A DNA stretch of 64,000 bases from an uncultured Phycisphaeraceae bacterium (GTDB taxonomy: Bacteria; Planctomycetota; Phycisphaerae; UBA1845). The position numbers were made by a program, and so were the translations under genes. The stretch spans positions 36,086 through 100,085 of the forward strand of contig CAZBUJ010000009.1 in the NCBI GenBank assembly GCA_964495075.1, in the 5' to 3' direction. Below the pieces are notes generated by a model that saw only the letters and a program-made list of their open reading frames with translations, did no database searches and had not been told where the DNA came from. Shown piece by piece: positions 19,799-29,570 of the stretch (position 1 is the stretch's first letter; every line of letters starts with the position of its first letter).

Positions 19799-20817
19799 TC
19801 GACGGGTTCGACACGAACGACCGTGTGCTCGTGGTGGCCGAGATCGGCAACAACCACGAGGGGCGATACGCGGTGGCGGACGAGATGGTCTGTCGAGCGG
19901 CGGAGGCCGGGGCGGACGCCGTCAAGTTCCAGACGTTCCAGACCGAGCACTACGTGTCCCCTGCGGACACCGCCCGGTTCGAGCGGCTCAAGCAGTTCGA
20001 GCTGACCCGCGATGAGTTCGCCAGGCTGGCCGAGCGGGCGCGGGCCGAAGGGGTGCTCTTTCTCTCAACGCCGTTCGACCTGGGCAGCGCGGTCTTTCTC
20101 AACGCGCTGGTGGCCGCGTTCAAGATCGCGTCGGGCGACAACACGTTTATCCCGCTCATCGAGACGGTGGCGTGCACGGGCAGGCCGATTCTGCTCTCGT
20201 GCGGCATGGCGACCGTCGCCCAGTTGCGGCACGCCCGGTCGGCGGTGGAGCGGGTGTGGGCCGAAGAGGGCGTCGTGCAGGAGCTGGCCGTGCTCCATTG
20301 CGTGTCGAGCTACCCCGTGCCACCCGCGGAGGCGAATCTCGCCGCGATCCGCCACCTGCAGCAGGAGTTCGGAGCCACGGTGGGGTACTCCGACCACACG
20401 CTGGGCATCGAGGCGGCCGCGCTGTCGGTGGCCGTCGGTGCGCGGATCGTCGAGAAGCACTTCACGCTCGACAAGCAGTACTCGGACTTCCGTGATCACC
20501 AGTTGTCGGCCGACCCGTCGGAGCTGAGACAACTGGTCGAGCGGATTCGCGTGATCGAGACCCTGCTCGGCGGCGGTCGCAAGGTGCCGCAACCGAGCGA
20601 GGACGCGGCCCAGACGGCCTTGCGTCGATCGGTGGCCGCCGGTCGGGACTTGCCGGCGGGGACCACGCTGACCTGGAACGATATCACATGGCTCCGGCCG
20701 GGTGGGGGCGTGCCGCCGGGGCGGGAGGCGGCGGTGCTGGGCCGCACGGTGGCGTGTCCGGTGCGGCGCGGGCAGCCGCTGACCCTGGACATGCTCGCGC
20801 CGGTGGAGGTCGGATGA
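19792..20817 (+). CDS. NeuB/PseI/LegI-family nonulosonate synthase with SAF domain
   Basis: AEIGNNHEG, AVKFQ, STPFD, KIASGD, LHCVSSYP, GYSDHT, EKHFT, RRS. Confidence 0.95.
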   Translation: MLIDGFDTNDRVLVVAEIGNNHEGRYAVADEMVCRAAEAGADAVKFQTFQTEHYVSPADTARFERLKQFELTRDEFARLAERARAEGVLFLSTPFDLGSAVFLNALVAAFKIASGDNTFIPLIETVACTGRPILLSCGMATVAQLRHARSAVERVWAEEGVVQELAVLHCVSSYPVPPAEANLAAIRHLQQEFGATVGYSDHTLGIEAAALSVAVGARIVEKHFTLDKQYSDFRDHQLSADPSELRQLVERIRVIETLLGGGRKVPQPSEDAAQTALRRSVAAGRDLPAGTTLTWNDITWLRPGGGVPPGREAAVLGRTVACPVRRGQPLTLDMLAPVEVG

Positions 20818-21530
20818 AACTGGCGGTGCTGACAACCGAAACGACCCATCACGTGCACTTCGTGCGCGGGCTGAACGAAGTGCACCGCGTGGACTTGATC
20901 GTGGCCGAAACGCGCGGGCCCACGCCGCCGTTCGAGACGGCCCACCCCTTCGAGGCGGAACGGGACGTCTACGAGCGGCGCGCGTTTTTCGAGGGGGCCG
21001 ACGTTCGCCTGTCCGACGTTGCCGAGGTGCTCGAGGTCGAGTCCGCGAACGACGGGCGGGCGGTGGACGCGCTGGGCGGGCTCAACCCGGACGTGGTCGT
21101 CGTGTTCGGCACGGGGCGGCTGGGGCGCGAGGTACTCGCCCGGTGTCCGGATCGGACGATCAACCTGCACGGCGGCGACCCGGAGCACTATCGCGGGCTC
21201 GACACGCACCTGTGGGCGGTGTACCACGGCGACTTTGATCAGCTCATCGCCACGTTGCACTATGTCACCGAGGACCTCGACGCGGGCGACGTGATCGCCC
21301 AGACGCGAGTCCAGGTCGAGCCGGGCATGCCTCTGCACCAGCTCCGGGCCCGCAACACCGGCGCGTGCCTCGATCTGACCCTCGCCGCGCTGGATGCGTA
21401 CCGGCGGTCGGGACAGTTTATTCGACGTCCCCAGCGGCAGCGGGGGCGGTACTATTCGTTCATGCCCGCCGCGCTCAAACCCATGTGCGTGGAACGGTTT
21501 GAAACCTACACGAAGGGATTGACGTCATGA
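20814..21530 (+). CDS. Second formyltransferase (N-terminal domain only)
   Basis: INLHGGDPEHYRG, DLDAGD. Confidence 0.8.
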   Translation: MKLAVLTTETTHHVHFVRGLNEVHRVDLIVAETRGPTPPFETAHPFEAERDVYERRAFFEGADVRLSDVAEVLEVESANDGRAVDALGGLNPDVVVVFGTGRLGREVLARCPDRTINLHGGDPEHYRGLDTHLWAVYHGDFDQLIATLHYVTEDLDAGDVIAQTRVQVEPGMPLHQLRARNTGACLDLTLAALDAYRRSGQFIRRPQRQRGRYYSFMPAALKPMCVERFETYTKGLTS

Positions 21531-22486
21531 CGCTCGAACAGCGACTCGACGAACGTCGGCTGGCGGTTTTCCTGTTCCACGGAGTGGTGGAGGAATCGTC
21601 CTACCGCGTCCGTAACTACACCCGCAAGCATCTCGTGGTGGACGAGTTCGAACGCTGCATTCGCAGCCTGGCCGAGGCGGGCACGCCGTTATCCATGGAC
21701 GACGTGCTCCGCCATCTGATCAACCACGAACCGTTTCCGCGCCGATCGTTTGCGGTGACGTTTGACGACGGGTTCGCCAACAACCGGTCGATCGCCGCGC
21801 CGATCCTGCGCCGGTACGGCGTCCCCGCGACGATCTACGTGACCACGGGGTTCGTGGAGCGCAACGCGATGTCCTGGATCGACCGGATCGAGTGGGGCTT
21901 CGAGCGGGCGGCCCCCGGCTGCGTGCGGTTGCCCTGGTCCGACTCGCCGGCCGCGTTCAGCACGCCGGACGACCGCGTTCGCATCCTCGACGAGATCCGG
22001 ATCTACGCGAAGGCCACCCCGCGCATCGACCGCGAGGCGATGGCGGATGACCTGCTCGCCCAGTGCGGCGTGCCGGACGTGCGGACCAGCGACGACCCGT
22101 TGGACCGCAAGCTGACCTGGCGGGAGGTCCGCGAGCTGGCGGCCGACCCGCTGTTCAACATCGGCGGCCATGCCCACCATCACGCGATCCTGAGCCACCT
22201 GTCGCCCGAGGCACTGGAGAACGAGATCGACGCGAGCATCACCCTGCTGCACGACAAGGCGGGTGTCAAGCCGTGCCACTACGCCTACCCGGAGGGCTTG
22301 CGGCACTGCTACTCGCCGTCGGTGATCCTGACGCTGCGATCGTTCGGCGTGCAGTGCTGCCCCACCGCCATGGACGGCCTGAACGATGAGACGACTGACC
22401 CGTTCCAGCTACGCCGGATCCCGGTGGCGGGCGCCGGTGCCGCGGGCGGCAGCAACCAGCGATCGGTGGCGGAGGTGGCCGGCTGA
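21527..22486 (+). CDS. Polysaccharide deacetylase (CE4)
   Basis: TFDDG, IGGHAHHH, YAYPEG. Confidence 0.88.
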   Translation: MTLEQRLDERRLAVFLFHGVVEESSYRVRNYTRKHLVVDEFERCIRSLAEAGTPLSMDDVLRHLINHEPFPRRSFAVTFDDGFANNRSIAAPILRRYGVPATIYVTTGFVERNAMSWIDRIEWGFERAAPGCVRLPWSDSPAAFSTPDDRVRILDEIRIYAKATPRIDREAMADDLLAQCGVPDVRTSDDPLDRKLTWREVRELAADPLFNIGGHAHHHAILSHLSPEALENEIDASITLLHDKAGVKPCHYAYPEGLRHCYSPSVILTLRSFGVQCCPTAMDGLNDETTDPFQLRRIPVAGAGAAGGSNQRSVAEVAG

Positions 22487-22488
22487 CC

Positions 22489-24312
22489 ATGTGCGGAATC
22501 GCCGGATACATCGGGTATCGCCGACTGGACGACGGGCCGGTCGCCCGCACCCTGGAGCGGATGGCCACCCGCGGGCCGGATCACCGCGACCACGTGCACC
22601 TCGAGGAGGGCGATCTGCACGTTTACCTGCTGCACGCGCGGCTGAGCATCATCGACCTGGACGAGCGGGCCAACCAGCCCATGCAGCGCGATGGCTGCAC
22701 CATGATTTTCAACGGCGAGATCTACAACTACCGCGAGCTACGCCGCGACCTGGAAAGCGACGGGTCGGCGTTCGTCACCGACTCCGACAGCGAGGTGCTG
22801 CTGCAATCGTATCGCCGGTACGGTGCCCGGTGCGTGGATCGCTTCGAGGGCATGTGGGCGTTCGCGATCTACGATCGGCGGAGGGGCACGCTGCTGCTGT
22901 CGCGCGATCGCTTCGCCGAGAAGCCGTTGTACACGCTTCGCACCGCCGACGGCCTGTACTTCGCGTCGGAAGTCAAGTACCTGTTCCTGCTCTCGGGGCA
23001 GCGGCCGCGCGTCAACCTGCGGCACGTGTCGCGGTTTCTGGTGAACGGCTACACGGCGTTGTACAAGCAGGACGAGCGGTTTTTTCTCGACGTCGGCGAG
23101 GTGCCGTTCGCCACGAACGTCATGATCGACGCCGGCCTGCGCGAGACGCGTGAGCGGTACTGGACGCCCACCAGTTGCGTGCGCGAGATGTCGCTGGACG
23201 AGGCGATCGAGGCCACGCGGGCGCGGCTGCTCCACGCGCTGGAGCTGCGGATGCGGGCCGACGTGCCGTTGGCGTTCTGCCTCAGCGGCGGCGTGGATTC
23301 GGGGGCCCTGGTGTCGATCGCGGCCAAGTCGATGGGCCGCCACGTCGTCACCTTCTCGATCATCGACCGCGATGAGCGGTACGACGAGTCGGCCAACATC
23401 AACGCCACCGTCGCGGACCTCGGCTGCGAGAACGTGTCCATCGAGATCCCGAAACGCGGGGCCCTCGACCACATGGCCCGGCTGGTGGACGACCACGACG
23501 CCCCCGTGCACACGCTGTCGTACTACGTGCACTCGTTTCTGTCCGAGGCGATCGCGGAGCGGGGGTACAAGGTCGTGCTTTCCGGCAACGGGGCCGACGA
23601 ACTGTTCACCGGCTACTACGACCATTTCAACCTGCATCTGTACGAGATGCGCGAGCATCCGGAGTTCGCGCGATACCGCGGCGAGTGGGAGACCCACGTG
23701 CAGGGTCTCGTCCGCAACCCGCACCTCCAGCGGGGCGACCTGTTCTTCGAGCAGCCGGACTTCCGCGGGCACATCTGGCTCAACAACGAAGTATTCGCCG
23801 CGTTGCTGAAGACGGACTTCCGCGAGATGTTCACCGAGGAGCCGTACTGCGAACCGCTGCTCCGCAAGCGCATGCTCAATGAAATGTTCCACGAGATCAT
23901 CCCGCAGGCGCTGCATGAGGATGATCTCAACTCGATGCGGGTCTCGCTGGAGAACCGCAGCCCGTACCTCGACACCGGGCTGTTCGAGCTGGCCTACGCC
24001 ATCCCGCCCGAGCACCTCATCCGCAACGGCTACGGCAAGTACGTGCTTCGCGAGGCGGTGGCGGGCATCCTGAACGACCCGGTCCGACTCGATCGGCGGA
24101 AGGTGGGGTTCAACGCGGCATTCGTGTCGGTGGTGGACACGCGTTGCCCCGAGACGCGTGCCCGGCTGCTCGACGACAGCCCGGTCTTCGACCTGGTGGA
24201 TCGGGATGGGGTCGCGGCCCTGCTCGATATGCGGCCGTTGCCCAACAGCTACAGCAAATTCCTGTTCTCATTCGTGAACGTGAAGCTATTCCTCGAGCGG
24301 TTCGCCGCCTAG
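22489..24312 (+). CDS. asnB: AsnB-like glutamine amidotransferase
   Basis: MCGIAG, RGPD, RLSIID, FNGEIYN, LSGGVDS, SGNGADE. Confidence 0.93.
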   Translation: MCGIAGYIGYRRLDDGPVARTLERMATRGPDHRDHVHLEEGDLHVYLLHARLSIIDLDERANQPMQRDGCTMIFNGEIYNYRELRRDLESDGSAFVTDSDSEVLLQSYRRYGARCVDRFEGMWAFAIYDRRRGTLLLSRDRFAEKPLYTLRTADGLYFASEVKYLFLLSGQRPRVNLRHVSRFLVNGYTALYKQDERFFLDVGEVPFATNVMIDAGLRETRERYWTPTSCVREMSLDEAIEATRARLLHALELRMRADVPLAFCLSGGVDSGALVSIAAKSMGRHVVTFSIIDRDERYDESANINATVADLGCENVSIEIPKRGALDHMARLVDDHDAPVHTLSYYVHSFLSEAIAERGYKVVLSGNGADELFTGYYDHFNLHLYEMREHPEFARYRGEWETHVQGLVRNPHLQRGDLFFEQPDFRGHIWLNNEVFAALLKTDFREMFTEEPYCEPLLRKRMLNEMFHEIIPQALHEDDLNSMRVSLENRSPYLDTGLFELAYAIPPEHLIRNGYGKYVLREAVAGILNDPVRLDRRKVGFNAAFVSVVDTRCPETRARLLDDSPVFDLVDRDGVAALLDMRPLPNSYSKFLFSFVNVKLFLERFAA

Positions 24313-24327
24313 ACCCGGAGGGGAGGC

Positions 24328-25044
24328 ATGACGCCGGTCACGACAAAGCAAGCCGACTACCTGGCCACCAACCTCAGCTACCACCAGCGCGCCTATCGGA
24401 GCGGGTACGGCATTCAGTATCCCGAGGGGCACGTGGTCCGGTGCTACCACCGCGTGCTGCGCCACGAACTCGGGCTGGACGGCACGCACGGCGAGAACCT
24501 GCTGGACTTCGGCTGCGGCACCGGAACCCACTGCGCGTTCTTCGGGAGCAAAGGGTTCAACGTGTACGGCGTCGACGCGGACGAGACGGCGGTGCGCGCG
24601 TGCCAGGAGCGATTCCCGGCCATCGCCGGGCACTTCGAGGTCGTCGATCCCAAGCCACCCGCGGATCGCCGGCTGTTCGACGTCGATTTCGATATGGTGC
24701 TGTCCAACCAGGTGCTCTACTACCTCTCCAATACCGATCTGCGGGCGTGCGTGGACGGCCTGCACGCACAGGTCCGACCGGGCGGCGTGTTCATCGCGAC
24801 GATGATGGCCGAACACGGCTGCTTCCATGACTTCGCGGAGCCGGCGGACGACGGTTTGTGGCGGGTGAACGCGGGCCCGCTGACCGGACCGCAGCCGACG
24901 TACATCAACTTCACCCGTTCACCGGATGAGCTGTGCCGGCGGTTCGAGCCCTTCATGCCGCTGCACGTGGGGTATTACGACTTCGCGGTCGACGAGCGCG
25001 ACGGAAGTTCACTGCACTACCTGTTTATCGGGCGGAAGGGGTAG
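24328..25044 (+). CDS. Class I SAM methyltransferase
   Basis: LLDFGCGTG, YGVD, PGG. Confidence 0.88.
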   Translation: MTPVTTKQADYLATNLSYHQRAYRSGYGIQYPEGHVVRCYHRVLRHELGLDGTHGENLLDFGCGTGTHCAFFGSKGFNVYGVDADETAVRACQERFPAIAGHFEVVDPKPPADRRLFDVDFDMVLSNQVLYYLSNTDLRACVDGLHAQVRPGGVFIATMMAEHGCFHDFAEPADDGLWRVNAGPLTGPQPTYINFTRSPDELCRRFEPFMPLHVGYYDFAVDERDGSSLHYLFIGRKG

Positions 25045-25047
25045 ACC

Positions 25048-26109
25048 ATGACCACCAGGCAGGCATCACCGCCGATCCCATGCCGGCACGGCAAGCCGCT
25101 CGACTACGGGCGGCTCGGCAAGACCTTCCGCGACGGTGCGGACTTCATGCGGCACCTGAAACATGCGGCGGAGGAAGCGGTCGCCCGGGCCGAACGGGAA
25201 GGCGCGGTGCGAATGGTGGATCGCTGTCCGGCGTGCGGCTCGCCCAACGTGGTCGACCGCTTCAAGGCGTACGGGTTCCAGTATCGCCAGTGCACGGAGC
25301 GTTGTTGCCGGCACGGGTTCGTCGCCACGCTGATTGACGATTCGCTGCGCGAGGCGTTCTTCCGCGATGACGCGCGGTACAGCAATACCAACTACTGCGA
25401 TCCCGACAAGGCCGCGTTCCGGGTCGACCAGATCGCCCGCCCGAAGGTGGATCACGTGCTGGGCGCCACCGCGGCCGGCGCGTCACGGTGGCTGGACGTC
25501 GGCTGCGGAACCGGCGAGGTGCTGGCCGTCCTGCGCAGGATCGGAGGTTGGAACGCGATCGGCCTGGAGTTGTCGCCGCGCGACGCGGCGTTCGGGCGGG
25601 AGCAGTACCAGGTCGACATCCGGGAGCAGCGGCTGGACGCGTTCATCGCCCACCAGCCGGACGCGCGGTTCGATGTCGTCTCGTTCTTCGGCGTGCTGCA
25701 CTGCGTGGAGGACCCGGCCGCGTTGATCAAGGAGGCGGCGACGCAACTGACGGACGGTGGCCTCGTCGTGACCGAGGTGGCCCACTGCGACGCCTTGATC
25801 ACCCGGGCTGTGGAAACGTTCCCGGACCACCCGTCGGTATCGAGTTACAATGGCCTGACCACGCTGCACCAGTTTACCGTGGATTCGATCCAGGGCGTGC
25901 TGCGGTCGGCCGGGCTGGACCCGCTGTCGGCGTGGTTCTACGGGACGGATGTGCACGAAGTGCTCAATCAGTGGTGCTTCCGTGATGCGCGATTCGCGGG
26001 CAGCCCCTTGGAGATCGCCTTGCGGGAGCTGGCCCCGGCGCTGCAGCAGGCGGTGGACGAGGGCCAGCGCAGTTCCAACATGCTCTGGATCGCCCGGAAG
26101 TCGGGGTGA
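25048..26109 (+). CDS. Class I SAM methyltransferase with N-terminal Zn site
   Basis: CPACG and CTERCC, WLDVGCGTG, VLHCVEDP. Confidence 0.88.
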   Translation: MTTRQASPPIPCRHGKPLDYGRLGKTFRDGADFMRHLKHAAEEAVARAEREGAVRMVDRCPACGSPNVVDRFKAYGFQYRQCTERCCRHGFVATLIDDSLREAFFRDDARYSNTNYCDPDKAAFRVDQIARPKVDHVLGATAAGASRWLDVGCGTGEVLAVLRRIGGWNAIGLELSPRDAAFGREQYQVDIREQRLDAFIAHQPDARFDVVSFFGVLHCVEDPAALIKEAATQLTDGGLVVTEVAHCDALITRAVETFPDHPSVSSYNGLTTLHQFTVDSIQGVLRSAGLDPLSAWFYGTDVHEVLNQWCFRDARFAGSPLEIALRELAPALQQAVDEGQRSSNMLWIARKSG

Positions 26110-26213
26110 TACGCCGGTGGCCGCGCCGCCACCGTGCGACGGCTGTGACGGTGGATGATCAGGCACGATGCCGGCCGTGACGGGAACCGGTGTCGGCCGT
26201 GGAGGAATAGCCT

Positions 26214-28007
26214 ATGAGAGTCATCCTGGGGATCCAGGAGGCCCACGACGCCTCGGCCGCCGTGATGGCAGATGGAAAGATCATCGCCGGCGCGCAGGAA
26301 GAACGTTTCACCGGCCTCAAAGGCGACTACGGATTCCCCCAGCACGCCATCGGCGCCTGTCTGAAAGAGGTCGGACTGTCCACGGCGGACGTGGACGAAG
26401 TGGTGCTCGCGTCACACACGTGGAACCCGGTCCTGACCAAGATCAAGCGCAACGCTAATTTCTCCGTGGCCGACTGGGTCAAGGAGCAGCGCGACTACTG
26501 GAGGCCCCGGTTCTACGAGGAGAAGAGCCCGGTCTACTACGACGTGTTCAAGGCCCGCGACGACTTCCGGTACGACGACACCTATCCCATGGATCACCTC
26601 CTACAGGGGTACATGGACCCGCTGGAGATGGAGGAGCTGAGGGGCTTGCGGGTCGCCGTGGCCGCCGAGCGGCTCGGGCTGTCACCCACCAAGATCCGCA
26701 CGGTGACCCACGAGGACTGCCACAAGTTCTACGCGTACTTCGGGTCGCCGATCCGCCACAAGGCGTTGGTGCTGACCGCGGAGGGGTGCGGCGACTACTC
26801 GAACGGCACCGTCTCCGTGTTCACCCCGAACGAGCATGCCGAGTTGGCGTCGATGAAGGACAACCATCTCGGCCACGTGTACCAGTACGTCACGCTGCTG
26901 CTGGGCATGAAGCCGGTGCAGCACGAGTACAAGGTAATGGGGCTCGCCGCCTACGCCAACGACCGTGAACGGCAGCGCAGTTACAGGGTCTTCGAGAACG
27001 TGCTGAAGGTGGACGGCCTGAAGATCGGCTTCGATTGCCGCCCGCCGGACCTTTACTTCCACTTCCGCGACGCCCTGGAAGGGCACCGGTTCGACGGGAT
27101 CGCCGGGGCGGCCCAGGAGTTCCTCGAGCGGGTCCTCTGCCAGTGGGTGACCAACTGTGTGAAGCATACCGGGTTGCGGCAGGTGGTGTTCGCGGGCGGC
27201 GTGGCCCAGAACATCAAGGGCTGCAAGGTGATGGCCGAGCAGGCGTGCGTGGACAATCTCTACGTGTGCCCGTCCGCGGGTGACACCACCCTGCCCATCG
27301 GAGCGTGCTACGCCGCCATGTGGGAGCACCTCGAACGGACGGGTGGCGATTTCAGCATGATCCAGCCGTTGGAGCACGTGTATCTCGGGCCGTCGTTCTC
27401 CCGCGAAGAGATGCGGCGCGGCTTGCAGCGGGCCGACCTCGGGCCGGGTTTCTCCGTCACCGAAGGCGTGGGTCCCGAGCGGATCGCCCTATTGCTGGCC
27501 GACGGCAAGATCATCGCCCGCTGTGCCGGCCGGATGGAGTACGGCATGCGGGCCCTGGGCAACCGGTCGATCCTGGCCGACCCGCGTCGCCCGGACACCG
27601 TGCGGCGGATCAACGACGCGATCAAGTACCGCGATTTTTGGATGCCGTTCTCGCCGACGATCCTCGACCGGCGGGCGTCGGAGTACCTCCACAATCCGAA
27701 GGGACTGCGGAGCCCGCACATGACCCTGGCGTTCGACAGCACGGACCTCGCCCGGCGGGAATTGATTGCGGCCCTCCATCCGGGTGATTTCACCGGTCGA
27801 CCGCAGATCCTCGAGCGGCACGTGAACCCGGAGTACTACGAGCTGATCCAGGCGTTCGAGAGGGTCACCGGCGTCGGGGCGCTGCTCAACACGAGCTTCA
27901 ACCTGCATGGCGACCCGATCGTGCGCGGTCCGGACGAGGCGCTGCGGACGCTGAAGCAGTCGGACGTGGACGGTCTGCTGCTCGAGGACATTCTGATCAT
28001 GAGGTAG
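26214..28007 (+). CDS. NodU/CmcH-family carbamoyltransferase
   Basis: HDAS, QEERF, EYKVMGLA, AGGVAQN, RALGNRS, RPQ, LLNTSFNLHG. Confidence 0.95.
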   Translation: MRVILGIQEAHDASAAVMADGKIIAGAQEERFTGLKGDYGFPQHAIGACLKEVGLSTADVDEVVLASHTWNPVLTKIKRNANFSVADWVKEQRDYWRPRFYEEKSPVYYDVFKARDDFRYDDTYPMDHLLQGYMDPLEMEELRGLRVAVAAERLGLSPTKIRTVTHEDCHKFYAYFGSPIRHKALVLTAEGCGDYSNGTVSVFTPNEHAELASMKDNHLGHVYQYVTLLLGMKPVQHEYKVMGLAAYANDRERQRSYRVFENVLKVDGLKIGFDCRPPDLYFHFRDALEGHRFDGIAGAAQEFLERVLCQWVTNCVKHTGLRQVVFAGGVAQNIKGCKVMAEQACVDNLYVCPSAGDTTLPIGACYAAMWEHLERTGGDFSMIQPLEHVYLGPSFSREEMRRGLQRADLGPGFSVTEGVGPERIALLLADGKIIARCAGRMEYGMRALGNRSILADPRRPDTVRRINDAIKYRDFWMPFSPTILDRRASEYLHNPKGLRSPHMTLAFDSTDLARRELIAALHPGDFTGRPQILERHVNPEYYELIQAFERVTGVGALLNTSFNLHGDPIVRGPDEALRTLKQSDVDGLLLEDILIMR

Positions 28008-28010
28008 GGC

Positions 28011-29156
28011 ATGCGATACTGCCGCCAATGCTGGATCCCGGACACCAAGCCGCACGCGCGGTTCGACGAGCGCGGTGTCTGCTCCGCCTGCCTCGCGCAC
28101 GCTCGCAAGCAGGCGGCACGGCACGCGATCGACTGGACGCAGCGGCAGGCCGAGTTCGACGCCCTGCTTGACGAAGTAAAGGGCCGGCGGGCACCGTTCT
28201 ACGACGTGGTGGTACCGGTCAGCGGCGGCAAGGACAGCATCACGCAAGTCCACCGCCTCCTGGGCCGTGACCTGCGCATCCTGGCCGTCCACGTCGACTA
28301 CGGAATCAAGACGGAGATCGGCTGGCGTAACCTGCAGCGCATTCCGAGCATGGGGGCGGACCTGTCGATCCACCGACCGGAGCTGTCGCTGCACGGCGAG
28401 TTGATTCGCCTGGGGTTCGAGGACTTCGGTGACCCGGACCTGCTCAGTCATACCCTGTTGCACGCGTACCCGTTGCACGTGGCGTTGCGGTTCCAGGTGC
28501 CGCTGGTGCTGCTCGGCGAGAATTCGGCGTTCGAGTACGGCGGTGACCCGGACCTCGCGTGCCGCCGCACCATGAACCGGGCGTGGTTCTCGCGGTACGC
28601 CGCCAACAACGGGAAAGACGCCCCCTTCGTGGCCGAGCGATATGGCATCCCCTTCGAGCGGCTGCGGCTCTATGACTTCCCCGAGGAGCTTGACTCGGCG
28701 CCGACGCACGCCGTGTTCATGAGCTACTACTTCTTCTGGGACAGCCACGCCCATCTGGCCATCGCCCGGCAGCACGGGTTCGAATCGCTCGACGAGCCCG
28801 GAGAGGGCACGTTCCGCAACTTCGTCGGCATCGACGAGAAGATCAATCGCATTCACCAGTACTTCAAGGTGCTGAAGTTCGGGTACGGACGGGCGACCGA
28901 CCATGCGTGCGAGGACATTCGCAACGGGCGTCTGACCCGCGAGGAGGCGCGGGAACTGATCCGCCGGCATGACCTGGTCCCGCTGTCGGACCATTACGTG
29001 GACGATTTCGTCCAGTTTGTCGGCGTCACCCGCGAGCGGTTTTTCGAAGTGCTGGAACGGAACCGCAACCCCAAGATCTGGACCCGGTCCGCCGACGGCG
29101 AGTGGTTTGTCGACGGGCACCTGGTGGATGCGGAACCGGTGGGAGCGACGTCATGA
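28011..29156 (+). CDS. N-acetyl sugar amidotransferase (WbpG/PseA-like)
   Basis: YCRQC, GVCSAC, PP-loop SGGKDS, GEN, LKFGYGRAT. Confidence 0.9.
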   Translation: MRYCRQCWIPDTKPHARFDERGVCSACLAHARKQAARHAIDWTQRQAEFDALLDEVKGRRAPFYDVVVPVSGGKDSITQVHRLLGRDLRILAVHVDYGIKTEIGWRNLQRIPSMGADLSIHRPELSLHGELIRLGFEDFGDPDLLSHTLLHAYPLHVALRFQVPLVLLGENSAFEYGGDPDLACRRTMNRAWFSRYAANNGKDAPFVAERYGIPFERLRLYDFPEELDSAPTHAVFMSYYFFWDSHAHLAIARQHGFESLDEPGEGTFRNFVGIDEKINRIHQYFKVLKFGYGRATDHACEDIRNGRLTREEARELIRRHDLVPLSDHYVDDFVQFVGVTRERFFEVLERNRNPKIWTRSADGEWFVDGHLVDAEPVGATS

Positions 29157-29542
29157 AAGTGGAACAGCTTGCCACGGCGCGGGAGTTCTCCACGCGGAGC
29201 CGGAACGCGTCGACGTTGCAGCATTGTGCGAACATCGAGTTGGAACCGGACGAGCAAGTGACGTTCGTCGGCGCGCACGGCGGAGGCTACGACGTCGTGC
29301 GGAAATCGTGGGGTTACTATGCCACGCCGTCGCTCAACGGCCGACTCCGTGATCACGGCCTGCGGGCCGCCCTCGTGCGAAACCCCGCCGGACGCGCCTA
29401 TCTCCTGCTGGTCGAGCGCGACCGGGAATCGGACTTCGCCGCGTACCTTCGGCAGGACGGTCAGCGGCTGATCTGCTGGCTGGATGAGGACGAGGCCATC
29501 GACCGGCTGGCTGGTGCGATGCAGAACACGGACATCCAATGA
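29153..29542 (+). CDS. Hypothetical protein (129 aa)
   Basis: ATGA overlap with the upstream stop; LEPDEQVTF, YDVVRKSWGYYATPSLNGRL. Confidence 0.75.
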   Translation: MKVEQLATAREFSTRSRNASTLQHCANIELEPDEQVTFVGAHGGGYDVVRKSWGYYATPSLNGRLRDHGLRAALVRNPAGRAYLLLVERDRESDFAAYLRQDGQRLICWLDEDEAIDRLAGAMQNTDIQ

Positions 29543-29570
29543 GGCGCCGACCGGCGCCGGTGGGAGCGAC

